Made by a program: the position numbers and the translations under genes | Shown: positions 46,412 to 56,012 of the stretch, one piece after another | Layout of the letters: each line of letters begins with the position of its first letter | Position numbering within the stretch: the first letter of the stretch is position 1 | DNA from: Candidatus Palauibacter australiensis | Lineage (GTDB): Bacteria > Gemmatimonadota > Gemmatimonadetes > Palauibacterales > Palauibacteraceae | Reading direction: 5' to 3' | Length of the DNA: 64,000 bases | Assembly: GCA_026705295.1 (NCBI GenBank) | Contig: JAPPBA010000155.1 | Span: 670-64,669, forward strand | Notes under the pieces: generated by a model | Told to the model about the DNA's origin: nothing | What the model saw: the letters and a program-made list of their open reading frames with translations, nothing else | Database searches by the model: none

Positions 46412-47911
46412 ATGGACCTGCTGACGATCGCCGTCTTCGGCTACCCGCTCATCCTCATCGCGATCGGCGTGTGGCGCTCCCGGCAGATCAAGAGCCACGC
46501 GGACTTCATGGTGGCGGGCCGGAACGTGCCGGTGGTGCTCCTCGTGGGGACACTCATCTGCACCTGGATCGGGTCGGGGTCGCTCTTCGCCGGGGCCGGC
46601 CTGGCCTACCGCACGGGGATCGCGGAGCTGTGGTTCTCCTTCGGCGCCTGGGTCGGGCTCCTCGTCGCCTTCTACCTCGCGCCCCGCGTGCGCTCGATCG
46701 CCAAGTACACCGTCCCGGACATCCTCGAACAGCGCTACAACGCGGCGGCGCGCATCCTCGGCACGGTCGCGATCATCCTCGCCTACGTCACGATCGCCGC
46801 CTACCAGTTCCGGGGCGGCGGCTGGATCCTGAGCATCGTCACCGACGGCGCGATCTCGCCCACCACCGGGATGATCATCACCTGCGTCACGATCGTGGCG
46901 TTCACGGCGCTCGCCGGAATGGTGTCCATCGTCTCCGTCGACATCCTGAACGGGATCATCATCACGCTCGGCATCGTCATCGGCCTCCCCTATCTCGTCC
47001 TCTCCAACGGCGGCGTGGGCGCGATCGCGGCCGGGCTCCCGGAGGAGCACCTCACGGTCCTCGGGGGGCACAACGTGCTCTGGGTCATCGGCGTCGCGAT
47101 GCCCACCTTCCTGCTCATCCTGGGCGAGAGCGGGATGTACCAGAAGTTCTTCTCCGCCAAGGACGCGGGATCCGCCAAGAAGGCCGTGGTCGGCATGTTC
47201 CTCGGGGTCGTCTTCATCGAGACGACGCTGGCCCTGATCGCGATCGTGGGCCGCGCCGTCTTCCCCGAACTCGCGGACCCCGAGCAGGTGTCGCTCGTCG
47301 GTCGCGCCGCATCGGAGACGATCATCCTTCACATCGCCGCCAACGGCCTGCCGATCGTCGGGGGCGCGATTCTCCTCGCAGCGGCGGTCGCCATCGTCCT
47401 CTCGACAGGCAACACCTTCCTGCTCGTGCCCTCGACGAACGTGAGCCGGGACCTCTACGAACGCTTCGTGGATCCGGACGCGAGCGAAGGGCGGAAGCTG
47501 GCGCTGCAGCGCCTGTGCGTCGTCCTGTTCGGCGGGCTGGGGCTCGTGTTGCTGACGCGGTTCGACACCGTGCTCGAGATGGCGCTCTACGCCTACTCGC
47601 TCGTTGGGGCGAGCCTCACGCCGGCGCTCCTTGCCGCCTTCCTGTGGCGCCGCGTGACGCCGCAGGGAGGGGTGGCGTGTATCGCGGGCGGACTCGGAAG
47701 CATCGTTGGGATCGCGCTCCTGTCCCAGTTCGGCGTGAACTTCACCGCCACGATCGGGGGGACCGCGTTCGACTTCGCTTCGAGCGACTACATCGTGATT
47801 CCCGGCGTGCTCATGTCGCTCGGACTCCTGATCGTCGTGAGCCTCCTGACGCCGCCCTCGCCCGAGGAGAAGTGGCGGCCCTTCTTCCAGGAGAACCCCG
47901 AGAAGCTCTGA
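46412..47911 (+). CDS. sodium:solute symporter (SSF) family transporter
   Basis: 499 aa with about 13 TM segments. The N-terminus reads IGVWRSRQIKSHADFMVAGRNVP...GTLICTWIGSGSLFAGAGLAY. It starts 3 nt after pspA. Confidence 0.88.
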   Translation: MDLLTIAVFGYPLILIAIGVWRSRQIKSHADFMVAGRNVPVVLLVGTLICTWIGSGSLFAGAGLAYRTGIAELWFSFGAWVGLLVAFYLAPRVRSIAKYTVPDILEQRYNAAARILGTVAIILAYVTIAAYQFRGGGWILSIVTDGAISPTTGMIITCVTIVAFTALAGMVSIVSVDILNGIIITLGIVIGLPYLVLSNGGVGAIAAGLPEEHLTVLGGHNVLWVIGVAMPTFLLILGESGMYQKFFSAKDAGSAKKAVVGMFLGVVFIETTLALIAIVGRAVFPELADPEQVSLVGRAASETIILHIAANGLPIVGGAILLAAAVAIVLSTGNTFLLVPSTNVSRDLYERFVDPDASEGRKLALQRLCVVLFGGLGLVLLTRFDTVLEMALYAYSLVGASLTPALLAAFLWRRVTPQGGVACIAGGLGSIVGIALLSQFGVNFTATIGGTAFDFASSDYIVIPGVLMSLGLLIVVSLLTPPSPEEKWRPFFQENPEKL

Positions 47912-47912
47912 G

Positions 47913-48977
47913 TCAGCTCAGGAAGTTGCGCAGTTCGGCGAAGCTGGACCGGGGTCCGAGCACCACGAGATCGTCGCCGGCCCGTAGCTTCTCATCCGGT
48001 CCCGGGTTGTAGACGAAGCCATCGGCGTCGCCGCCCCCCTCGCTTCCGCGCTGGATCGCGACGACGAGCAGGCCCGTCTTGGCCTGGATCTTCGCTTCGG
48101 CCAGGGTGAGTCCGGCGACCTCGGAGGACTCCGGCACGGATACCTGCTCCAGCAGAAGCCCCATGCCGCCGGCGTTGCCGGGGGTATCGAAGTCGACGAA
48201 GAGCGTGACGTCGGGCCGCAGGACGAGCGAGGCCATCTGGATGCCGCCCGTCGAGTTCGGGGTGACGACGCGGTCGGCGCCGGCCTTCTTGAGCTTGCTC
48301 ACCGCGTCCTCGGAACGCGCCCGCCCCACGATCGTCAGGTCCGGGTTCAGTTCGCGCGCGGCCAGGCACACGAACGCGTTGTCGGTGTCCGCGCTCAGCG
48401 AGGCGATGAGCCCGCGCGCTCGCTCGATCCCGGCCGAAAGGAGCGCGTCGTCATCGGTCGCATCCCCCTCGATGACCAGCGCGTCGGGGTCGATCCGGCG
48501 TGCCTCCTCGATCTGCGTGGGGTCGTGTTCGATGGTGACGTACGGAGTCCCGCGCGTGGCGAGCCTCTTGAGCGCGGCCAGGCCGGTGCGGCCCGCCCCG
48601 CACAGGATCACATGGTCCCTGCGGCGGTCGATCCTCTTCATCGTTCTTCGTCTCTTGAGTGACTGGGTCAGGTCCATCTCGACGAGGGTGGCGGTGATGA
48701 GGGCGAACCAGATCGCGAGCGTGACGATGCCGCCCGCGATCATGAAACTCGCGAAGATGCGGCCGCCGTCCGTGAGCGTCCGGATTTCGCCGTACCCGAC
48801 CGCCGAGACCGTGATCACGGTCATGAAGAATGCGTCGGACAGGTTGTAGTCGGGCATGGCGGCGAAGCCGATCGTCCCGATGATCGTGAGACTCACCGTG
48901 AAGACGGTGGCGCCGAGGAGGCGGCCTTCGAACCGGCTGAAGTCGAACAGGCGCCGCACGAGGCCCATCCGACTCAT
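47913..48977 (-). CDS. potassium channel with RCK/TrkA-N domain (MthK-like)
   Basis: ORF 47913..50027 is trimmed to the ATG at 48977 (MSRMGLVRRLF...). It has the selectivity filter TVITVSAVGYGE, the Rossmann motif VILCGAGRTG, and a TrkA-C-like C-terminus. Confidence 0.88.
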   Translation of the reverse strand: MSRMGLVRRLFDFSRFEGRLLGATVFTVSLTIIGTIGFAAMPDYNLSDAFFMTVITVSAVGYGEIRTLTDGGRIFASFMIAGGIVTLAIWFALITATLVEMDLTQSLKRRRTMKRIDRRRDHVILCGAGRTGLAALKRLATRGTPYVTIEHDPTQIEEARRIDPDALVIEGDATDDDALLSAGIERARGLIASLSADTDNAFVCLAARELNPDLTIVGRARSEDAVSKLKKAGADRVVTPNSTGGIQMASLVLRPDVTLFVDFDTPGNAGGMGLLLEQVSVPESSEVAGLTLAEAKIQAKTGLLVVAIQRGSEGGGDADGFVYNPGPDEKLRAGDDLVVLGPRSSFAELRNFLS

Positions 48978-50611
48978 CGCGCCCCGCGGTCCAGGCGCGC
49001 GACGACCTGACGCCCTTTGATCCGGCTGCCGTCGAGGCCGCGGACCACGGCGTCGGCGGCCAGCGAATCGATGTCGACGAGGGTGAAGTTCTGCCGGATG
49101 TCGATGCGGCCGATCTGCCCGCCCGCCACGGACGTTTCGCCGGTAATCGCGCCGACGAGGTCGCCGGGGCCCGCGCCGTCGCGTTTGCCGACGCCGACGA
49201 AGACCTTGGTCCAGGTGGGGCGAGTGGCGCGCCGGGCGCTCCTGTCGGGAGGCGCGGTCGCGGCGTCGCCGGGCGGTGCGCCGCCGGGTGCGGCCTCCCT
49301 CTCCCCGGCGGCCGGCCGGTCCGCCGCCCGGAGGAGTCCGGCGAGGGCGGCGGCCACGCGCGCGGCGCCGTGCTCGCGGATGAGAGGGGCGAGGAGGAGC
49401 GCGCCGCTCGCGAGGTCCTGCTGCTCCAGCGCGTCGGCGACGCGGGCCCGGAAGGCGGCAACGTCGTCCATGAGCGCGGGGTCGGCGGACTCGGCCAGGG
49501 GGGCGACCCGCAGCCCGGCCCGCAACGCCGTCAGCTCGAGCTGCCGTTCGTGCAGCGAGTCGACGATGGCGTAACAGCGCTCGGCAGCCGCCGCCGCGCG
49601 GGCGAGGGGCTCCGGCGCGGGCGGCAGTTCGAACGCGACCGCATGGGCGGCGGGGTCGACCTCGCCCCACCCCCCGACCCGCACCGCGTCGCCGCCGTCC
49701 GTCTCGGCAGCGTCGCCGTCCGTCTCGCCCGCGCCGCCCCCGGTCTCGGCCTCTCCGTCGTCCGTTTCCGCCGTGCCGGCTGCGTCGGACCCGGCGACGC
49801 GCAGCCCGGCCAGCGAGAGCGCGGCGCTCACATCGGCGACGGCGTCGTGGGCTGTCTCGATGCTGACGGCGGCCGCTCCGCCCCGCGTGAGGTCGTGAAG
49901 CAACTCGGCCACGCGGGCCAGCCGCCCCTCGCGCGTCGCCCGGCTCGCGACCGCGATCGCAGGGCCGGCCGCGCGGCCCGCCTCCGACTCCCCGGCCCGC
50001 GACTCGGCGAACAGTTCGTTCGGCCACCGGCGCGCGCGCGGCAGCCAGCGCTCGACCAGCTCGTCGAACGCCGCATCCCGGGCGTGGGTCGTCGCGATCC
50101 GACGGGCCCCGTCGCCCGAGGCCTGCACCACGGCCTCGACGGCCGCCCGCGCCGGCTCGAGCGCACGCACATCATCGAGGACCAGGGTGCACAGCGCCGC
50201 GGCCGGGATGTCGCCCCTGCGCACGCCCTCCAGCAGCACCGCCGGAGGCCCGACCAGGATCGGCGCCCGCGCCACCGCCCCGCCCGCGGCGCCCGGCACG
50301 ACGACGACCTCGCGTCCGGCGGCCCGCGCGACGGCATGCATGCCCGCCGCGCAGCGCCGCGCGCGGTCCACCGTTGCGGTGAGCACGAAGGCGCGGCCCT
50401 CCGCCTCGCCGGCGGCAAGGTCCCGCACGGCGGCAGCCGCGTAGAGGGCGGCAAGGCCCGCTCCCTCGGCGGCGATGAGCGCGAGGTGACGCCCCCGCTC
50501 GATCGCGCCCGAGAGGGTCTCGAGCGCTTCCGGCTGCGGCGGGACCGTTCCCGCCGCGGGCTCCGACTGGTCCTGGTTCAAGCGCGGGATCCCGAAGAAC
50601 GAATTGGACAA
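48974..50611 (-). CDS. DEAD-box-helicase-like protein with degenerate catalytic motifs and a DbpA-type C-terminal RNA-binding domain
   Basis: The motif I position reads AAEGAGLAAL (no GKT), the motif II position reads LVLDDVRAL (no DEAD), and the motif III position reads IATTHA. The C-terminal GDLVGAITGETSVAGGQIGRIDIRQNFTLVDID...IKGRQV matches the DbpA/RRM-like domain. It overlaps the K+ channel gene in an ATGA. Confidence 0.65.
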   Translation of the reverse strand: MSNSFFGIPRLNQDQSEPAAGTVPPQPEALETLSGAIERGRHLALIAAEGAGLAALYAAAAVRDLAAGEAEGRAFVLTATVDRARRCAAGMHAVARAAGREVVVVPGAAGGAVARAPILVGPPAVLLEGVRRGDIPAAALCTLVLDDVRALEPARAAVEAVVQASGDGARRIATTHARDAAFDELVERWLPRARRWPNELFAESRAGESEAGRAAGPAIAVASRATREGRLARVAELLHDLTRGGAAAVSIETAHDAVADVSAALSLAGLRVAGSDAAGTAETDDGEAETGGGAGETDGDAAETDGGDAVRVGGWGEVDPAAHAVAFELPPAPEPLARAAAAAERCYAIVDSLHERQLELTALRAGLRVAPLAESADPALMDDVAAFRARVADALEQQDLASGALLLAPLIREHGAARVAAALAGLLRAADRPAAGEREAAPGGAPPGDAATAPPDRSARRATRPTWTKVFVGVGKRDGAGPGDLVGAITGETSVAGGQIGRIDIRQNFTLVDIDSLAADAVVRGLDGSRIKGRQVVARLDRGAR

Positions 50612-50815
50612 GGGGTCGTACGCGGGCCTTCGCCCAGCGGCAGGAAGGTACGCAAGCCGTCCGTCCGTCCAAAGTGCGGGCCCACCGGCGGAAACCCCGC
50701 GCAGGTCCCGTTACGTTGACGGCGGCTCGGACACGCGTCTAACGTCACGGTTCGCTCGCCGTGGTCGCCCGGCGCGACCGTCCGGCGCGCTCTCCCCGAT
50801 GACCTCCAGTACGAG

Positions 50816-52168
50816 GTGACAGCAATTTCCACCATCGGAATGCTGGAGGCGGTTCAGGCCTGGGTGTGGGGCGTCCCCCTCATCATCCTCCTCCTCACCA
50901 CCGGCCTCGTCTACACGCTGCTGCTGCGGGGCCTCCAGTTCCGCCGGCTGGGGCACGCGCTCTGGCTGGCGCTCGTCAAGCGCCGCGAACCGGGCGGCGA
51001 GGGCGACATCTCGCACTTCCAGGCACTCATGACCGCGCTGGCCGCCACGGTCGGCACCGGGAACATCGTGGGCGTCGCGACGGCCATCGGCGCGGGCGGC
51101 CCGGGGGCGCTCTTCTGGATGTGGGTGACGGGACTCCTCGGGATGGCGACGAAGTACGCGGAAGCGGTGCTCGGCGTCCGCTACCGGGAGACGGACGCCC
51201 GGGGCGAGAAGGCGGGCGGTCCCATGTACTACCTCGAGCACGGTCTCGGACGGGGCAGCATCGGTCGGGGCCTGGCGATCGCCTTCGCGCTCTTCGCGAC
51301 CCTCGCGGCCTTCGGGATCGGCAACGGCGTCCAGTCGCAGGCGGTCGCCGACGCCATGAACGAGTCGTTTCACGTGCCGCACTGGGTCATGGGACTCGTC
51401 ACGGCGTCGGCCGTCGGCCTCGTCATCATCGGGGGGATCCGGTCCATCGGGCGGGTGGCGAGCGTCATCGTGCCGACGATGATCATCCTCTACATGGGCG
51501 TCGCTGCTGTCGTCCTCATCTCCAACGCGGCACAGATCCCGGCGGCCTTCCGGCTCGTGTTCGAGCACGCGTTCGGGGGGCAGGCGGTGGCCGGCGGGGC
51601 GCTCGGCTACACCGTGCTCCAGGCGATGCGCTTCGGCGTCGCGCGCGGGATCTTCTCGAACGAATCCGGACTGGGCACGGGGGCGATCGCCGCCGCCGCG
51701 GCGCAGACGCGCGAGCCGGTGCGGCAGGCCCTGGTCTCCATGACGCAGACGTTCATCGACACCATCGTGGTCTGCACCCTGACGGGACTCGCGATCCTGA
51801 CGACGGGCGCGTGGCAGTCGGGGGCCGAGGGCGCGAACATGACGCAACTCGCCTTCGACACGAGCCTGCTCGCGGGCGCGGGGGACATCGTCGTCGCGCT
51901 CGGCCTCGCGACCTTCGCCTTCAGCACGATGCTCGGGTGGTCCTACTACGGAGAACGGAGCTTCGCCTACCTGTTCGGCGAACGCGTGATCCGCCCCTAC
52001 CGGCTGGTGTTCGTGATCGTGGTCGGGCTCGCGGCCGTCGTGGAACTGGATGTCGTGTGGCTCATCTCGGACATCCTGAACGGCCTCATGGCGGCGCCGA
52101 ACCTGGTGGGACTCCTGCTCCTGTCCGGCGTCGTATGGCGCGAGACCCGGAGCTACTTCAGCCGCTAG
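50816..52168 (+). CDS. alanine/glycine:cation symporter (AGCS) family transporter
   Basis: [54 protein letters not shown] is the AGCS signature region. The start could be the ATG at 50840. Confidence 0.9.
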   Translation: MTAISTIGMLEAVQAWVWGVPLIILLLTTGLVYTLLLRGLQFRRLGHALWLALVKRREPGGEGDISHFQALMTALAATVGTGNIVGVATAIGAGGPGALFWMWVTGLLGMATKYAEAVLGVRYRETDARGEKAGGPMYYLEHGLGRGSIGRGLAIAFALFATLAAFGIGNGVQSQAVADAMNESFHVPHWVMGLVTASAVGLVIIGGIRSIGRVASVIVPTMIILYMGVAAVVLISNAAQIPAAFRLVFEHAFGGQAVAGGALGYTVLQAMRFGVARGIFSNESGLGTGAIAAAAAQTREPVRQALVSMTQTFIDTIVVCTLTGLAILTTGAWQSGAEGANMTQLAFDTSLLAGAGDIVVALGLATFAFSTMLGWSYYGERSFAYLFGERVIRPYRLVFVIVVGLAAVVELDVVWLISDILNGLMAAPNLVGLLLLSGVVWRETRSYFSR

Positions 52169-52181
52169 AGTTCGCTAGCGT

Positions 52182-53792
52182 TCAGTCGAAGTGGATCTGG
52201 CGGACTTCGTCGATCCCCTCGAGTTCGCTCAGGCCGCGCAGCACCTCGGGAGGAACTTCTCCGTCGATCCGCACGACGCCGAGAGAACGGCCCCCGCCGC
52301 GCCGCCGCGCCAGGTGGTATTCGGCGATATTCGCGTTCGCCTCGCCGAGCACGGTGCCCACGGCACCGATCACGCCCGGCCGGTCGCGATTGCGGATGAA
52401 GAGGCACGTGCCGAGCGGCTGCGTGTCGACGCGAAACGTCCCCACGCGCACGATCCGCGGTTCCATCCCCGCCCCCATCAGCGCCCCTCCCACGACCTCG
52501 GTCTCACGCCGGCCGTACCGCACTCCGAGTTCGACGTAGTTCGTGTAGTCCCCCACGGCCTGCGTGCGGACGCGCACGATCTCCAGACCGCGCTCGCCCG
52601 CGATCGACAGCGCGTTCACGACGTTGAGCGGCGGGTCGACCCGACGTTCGAGAAAGCCCACCGCCACGCTCGCCGCGAGGGGGCCGAGGACGCCGTCGCG
52701 CGGCCCGCCGTAACGGACCTCGATCCGGCTCGGCGCCGCGTCGTCGAGCCCGGCCAGCAGTCGGCCCAGGCAGCGGCCGAGGTACATGATGGGTCCCGCT
52801 CCGTCCCGATCTTCGGCCTCGAACGGGGCGTTGAGGGCGGCGCTGAAATCGCCCTCGATCAGCGCGTTGCGCACGGAGATGGCGATCTGCCGCGAGACCT
52901 GCCGCTGGGCTTCGAAGGTCGAGGCCCCGAGGTGGGGGCTGCATACGAGCTGCGGCGCGTCGCGCAACGGGCTGTCGGCGGGGAGCGGCTCCGTCGCGAA
53001 CACATCGAGCCCGGCCGCGCCCAGGTGGCCGCTCTGCAGTGCGTCGGCCAGCGCAGCCTCGTCGATGAGCCCGCCCCGCGCCGCGTTGATCAGGATCGTA
53101 CCCGGCCGCATGGCCGCGATCTCCCGGCGGCCGATGAAGCCGCGGTTCTCGTCGGAGAGCGGGACGTGGACGGTGATCGCGTGGCACGCGGGCAGCAGCG
53201 CGTCGAGGTCGGCGAGTTCGACGCCGAGGTCGCTCGCCCGCTCGGCGCTCACGAACGGGTCGTGGGCGATCACGCGCATGCCGAAGGCCCGCGCGCGCCA
53301 CACGACCTCCGCCCCGATGCGGCCGAGCCCGATGACCCCCAGCGTCTTGCCGCTGAGCTGGATGCCCCGCAGTTCCTTGCGCCGCCACTCCCCCGCGCGG
53401 ATGCTCGCGTCCGCCTCCGGAATCCGGCGCGCCGCCGCGAGGAGGAGCGCGAAGGCCAACTCGGCGGTCGACTGGGTATTCGCGGCGGGGGCGTTCAGCA
53501 CCGCGATCCCGCGGCGGGTCGCGGCCGGGATATCGATGTTGTCCACGCCAACGCCCGCGCGGCCGATGACCCGGAGGGAGTCGCCGGCTTCGATGAGCTC
53601 CGCATCCACCTTCGTACGGCTGCGCACGATCAGCGCCGATGCGCCCGGCAGCGCACGCAGGAGCCCCTCGCGGTCCCCGTCGCTGAGGTCTTCGACGGCG
53701 ATCCCCGGCGCGGCGCGCAGCGTCTCGATCCCCTCCGGGAGAAGGGGGTCCGCGATGAGAAGGCGCTGCGTGTCCCCGGCCGAATCGCTCAC
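52182..53792 (-). CDS. serA: D-3-phosphoglycerate dehydrogenase (long form with ASB and ACT domains)
   Basis: The NAD motif is GVIGLGRIGAEV, the catalytic region is ARGGLIDEAAL...SPHLGAST, and the C-terminal ACT-like region is NRDRPGVIGAVGTVLGE. Confidence 0.92.
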   Translation of the reverse strand: MSDSAGDTQRLLIADPLLPEGIETLRAAPGIAVEDLSDGDREGLLRALPGASALIVRSRTKVDAELIEAGDSLRVIGRAGVGVDNIDIPAATRRGIAVLNAPAANTQSTAELAFALLLAAARRIPEADASIRAGEWRRKELRGIQLSGKTLGVIGLGRIGAEVVWRARAFGMRVIAHDPFVSAERASDLGVELADLDALLPACHAITVHVPLSDENRGFIGRREIAAMRPGTILINAARGGLIDEAALADALQSGHLGAAGLDVFATEPLPADSPLRDAPQLVCSPHLGASTFEAQRQVSRQIAISVRNALIEGDFSAALNAPFEAEDRDGAGPIMYLGRCLGRLLAGLDDAAPSRIEVRYGGPRDGVLGPLAASVAVGFLERRVDPPLNVVNALSIAGERGLEIVRVRTQAVGDYTNYVELGVRYGRRETEVVGGALMGAGMEPRIVRVGTFRVDTQPLGTCLFIRNRDRPGVIGAVGTVLGEANANIAEYHLARRRGGGRSLGVVRIDGEVPPEVLRGLSELEGIDEVRQIHFD

Positions 53793-53820
53793 GACGTCTC
53801 GCTCACGTTATGTGGCTATA

Positions 53821-54921
53821 TCACAGAACTTCGTCGAGGACGGCCAGAAGCGCCTCCAACTCGTCGAGCGTGTGCTCGCCCATGTGTCCGATCCGGAACG
53901 ACGGCTGCTTCAGGGGCCCGTAGCCCGCCGCCACGGTGTATCCGTGCGCCAGCGCGCGGGAGACGACCTCGGGACCCGTCAGACCGTCCGGAAGCATGAT
54001 GACGGTCACGCAGGGCGAACGGTAGCCTTCCGGCGCGAGCACGCGCCACGGCCGGCCCGTGCGCGCGGCCGTTCGGTCCACCCATTCGTACGTCCGGCGG
54101 GCCATCGCGTCATGTCGCTCCCAGCGCGCCTCCAGCCCTTCCTCCATCATCCGGTTCAACTGCCGTTCGAGGGCGAAGAAGAGGGAGACGGCCGGGGTAT
54201 TCGGCGTCTGCCAGCGCTCAAGGTTCTTCTCGAACTTGAGGATGTCGAAGTAGAAGCCGCGGTGTTCGACCTCCTTCGCGCGGGCAAGCGCCCGCTCGGA
54301 CGCGACGGCCAGTGCGAGGCCTGGGGGCAGCGCCACCGCCTTCTGCGACCCCGTGAGAACGAAGTCCAATCCCCACTCGTCGGTCTCCACCGGCGCCCCC
54401 GCCAGGGATGAGACCGTATCGACCGCGATCAGCACGTCGTCGAACTCGTGGACGACGGCGGCGAGTTCCTCCAGCGGATTGAGGACGCCGGTCGAACTCT
54501 CCGAGTGGACGACGGTGACGAGGTCGTACCGGCCCGGCGCCGCGGCGAGCGCGTCGCGCAGCCGCTCCGGCAGGTTCGGCTCGCCCCACTCCGCCTCGAG
54601 CGCGTCCGCGGGGCGCCCCGTCGCTTCGGCGATCGCGTGGAACCGCTTGCTGAACGACCCGTTCGTGAGGCAGAGGACGCGGCGGCGCGTGAGGTTCGTG
54701 ATCGCCGCCTCCATCATGCCGGTGGCGGACGAGGTCGACAGGTACACCGGGCGCGACGTCCGGAAGAGTCGCGACGCGGACGGTTGCATCGCTTCCACGA
54801 GGCCCGAGACCTCGGCGCTCCGGTGCCCGACGACGGGTCGCCGCATGGCGTCGAACAGATCCGGAGGGACTTCGGTCGGGCCGGGCAGAAAGAAGCGGCC
54901 GAACGAGATGGGCGGGCTCAT
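53821..54921 (-). CDS. class-V aminotransferase (serine-pyruvate / phosphoserine aminotransferase-like)
   Basis: FLPGPTEVPPDLFDAM...VHSESSTGVLNP...LTGSQKAVALPPG includes the PLP-Lys in SQK. It sits directly upstream of serA, which suggests a role in serine biosynthesis. Confidence 0.85.
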   Translation of the reverse strand: MSPPISFGRFFLPGPTEVPPDLFDAMRRPVVGHRSAEVSGLVEAMQPSASRLFRTSRPVYLSTSSATGMMEAAITNLTRRRVLCLTNGSFSKRFHAIAEATGRPADALEAEWGEPNLPERLRDALAAAPGRYDLVTVVHSESSTGVLNPLEELAAVVHEFDDVLIAVDTVSSLAGAPVETDEWGLDFVLTGSQKAVALPPGLALAVASERALARAKEVEHRGFYFDILKFEKNLERWQTPNTPAVSLFFALERQLNRMMEEGLEARWERHDAMARRTYEWVDRTAARTGRPWRVLAPEGYRSPCVTVIMLPDGLTGPEVVSRALAHGYTVAAGYGPLKQPSFRIGHMGEHTLDELEALLAVLDEVL

Positions 54922-55043
54922 GGCGGGAGATGGTATCGCCCCCGGGGGCCTGTCGCCAATCGTTCGCTCGCGGTCCTCGCGCAGTCCGGTTGACGCGCCG
55001 CCGGAGGGGCAAGATTTTCCGGCCCGAACAGGGGGTTCTCCAC

Positions 55044-55307
55044 ATGCGATACGTCACGATCACCGACCTGTCCCCGGAAGATGTGCTCGACCGCGCGAAA
55101 AGCTTCTTCGGCGAGCACTCCGGGCTTCGGGTTCACGAGGAGACCGACGCATCCGTCACCTTCGCCGGCGAGATCGGTCTCGCCCGCTTCGCGGTCGACC
55201 GCGCGGGCGGCCACACGAACGTCCGCGTGGAGACGGACCGCGTCGTGGGCCTCGACGTGACCGACCTCGCGAAGCGTTTCCTCTACACCCTACGCAACGT
55301 CCACTGA
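55044..55307 (+). CDS. hypothetical protein (87 aa)
   Basis: Trimmed to MRYVTITDLSPEDVLDRAKSFFGEHSGLRV.... It has balanced composition and belongs to no recognised family. Confidence 0.5.
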   Translation: MRYVTITDLSPEDVLDRAKSFFGEHSGLRVHEETDASVTFAGEIGLARFAVDRAGGHTNVRVETDRVVGLDVTDLAKRFLYTLRNVH

Positions 55308-55309
55308 GA

Positions 55310-55585
55310 ATGAACGCCATCACGGTTCGCCTCATCATGCCCGACCGCTGGCTCGAGCACGTGGCCGACCTGCCGGCCGACACGACCGTGGCCGACGCCA
55401 AGGCCTTCGGAATCCGCGCGATGCTCCAGCGCTCCTCGGACGACCCGGGCGACTTCTACACCGAGTTCGCCGAGCGCCGCATCCGCGACGAAACGCGCAC
55501 CCTCGCCGACGTGGGGATTGGGTCGCGCGGCGTCCTCTCGATCCGCGCCTACGACCTCGGCCACTACCCCCCCTTCCGGGGCTAG
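55310..55585 (+). CDS. hypothetical protein (91 aa)
   Basis: This is the terminal part of ORF 54353..55585, starting at the ATG at 55310 (MNAITVRLIMPDRWLEHVADLPADTTV...). It starts 2 nt after the previous stop. Confidence 0.5.
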   Translation: MNAITVRLIMPDRWLEHVADLPADTTVADAKAFGIRAMLQRSSDDPGDFYTEFAERRIRDETRTLADVGIGSRGVLSIRAYDLGHYPPFRG

Positions 55586-55643
55586 CAGACAGAATCCCGG
55601 TCCGCGTTTCGAGGCCATTCGCATTTCCTGATGTCGCGCGATA

Positions 55644-55669
55644 TCATGAATCATGATGTCTATTCATGA
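55644..55669 (+). promoter_or_regulatory. three TCATGA palindromic hexamers at the vapB start (candidate antitoxin operator)
   Basis: TCATGA occurs at 55644..55649, 55651..55656 and 55664..55669, overlapping the vapB ATG (55653). Confidence 0.4.
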
Positions 55670-56012
55670 TTCCAAGCGTGAGGTCGAGCGGATGCGTGAC
55701 GCGGGGCGGGCGCGCGAGCCTGTCCAGGTCTACCTTGCGCCCTCCGAACGGAGGCGCTTGGAGCGGCTGCGAGAAACCCTCGATACGACCAAGTCGGACG
55801 TGCTGAGGAAGGGTCTCAAGGCGCTGGAATCCCAACTCCTGGATCCGGATCGCCACCCGGCGCTCTCGATCGTTGGCCTCTTCCGCGGGACGCCATGCGA
55901 AGGCGAAGCGAGTCTGGATGTCGCGCGCGCTCACGATGAAGTTCTTGCCGACGCCGAGATCCACTCGTGGTCATCCGACCGGAGCGGTGAGTCCGGCGGC
56001 GGCTCGAAGTGA
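55653..56012 (+). CDS. vapB: ribbon-helix-helix antitoxin (VapB/CopG-like)
   Basis: VQVYLAPSERRRLERLRETLDTTKSDVLRKGLKAL is an RHH fold pattern. It shares a GTGA overlap with the PIN gene. Confidence 0.75.
   Translation: MMSIHDSKREVERMRDAGRAREPVQVYLAPSERRRLERLRETLDTTKSDVLRKGLKALESQLLDPDRHPALSIVGLFRGTPCEGEASLDVARAHDEVLADAEIHSWSSDRSGESGGGSK

Noticed and set aside
48978-50027. N-terminal 350-aa extension of ORF 47913..50027, and similar long extensions of ORFs at 990..3251, 8688..11189, 12489..15386, 56435..57790, 57352..58776, 58532..59890 and 59293..61146
   Set aside because: The extensions are Arg/Gly/Pro-rich, overlap better-supported genes in other frames, and lie upstream of internal starts that give family-typical N-termini and lengths.
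50612-50815. Glycine riboswitch upstream of the alanine/glycine:cation symporter
   Set aside because: The context is attractive, but the sense strand lacks the conserved GGAGAG ... CACCGAAGGGGCAA ... CUCAGGCAAAAGGAC elements. A weak GGGGAGAG...CCACGGCGAGCGAA resemblance is on the opposite strand and its flanking arms are direct rather than inverted repeats. An Infernal scan would settle it.
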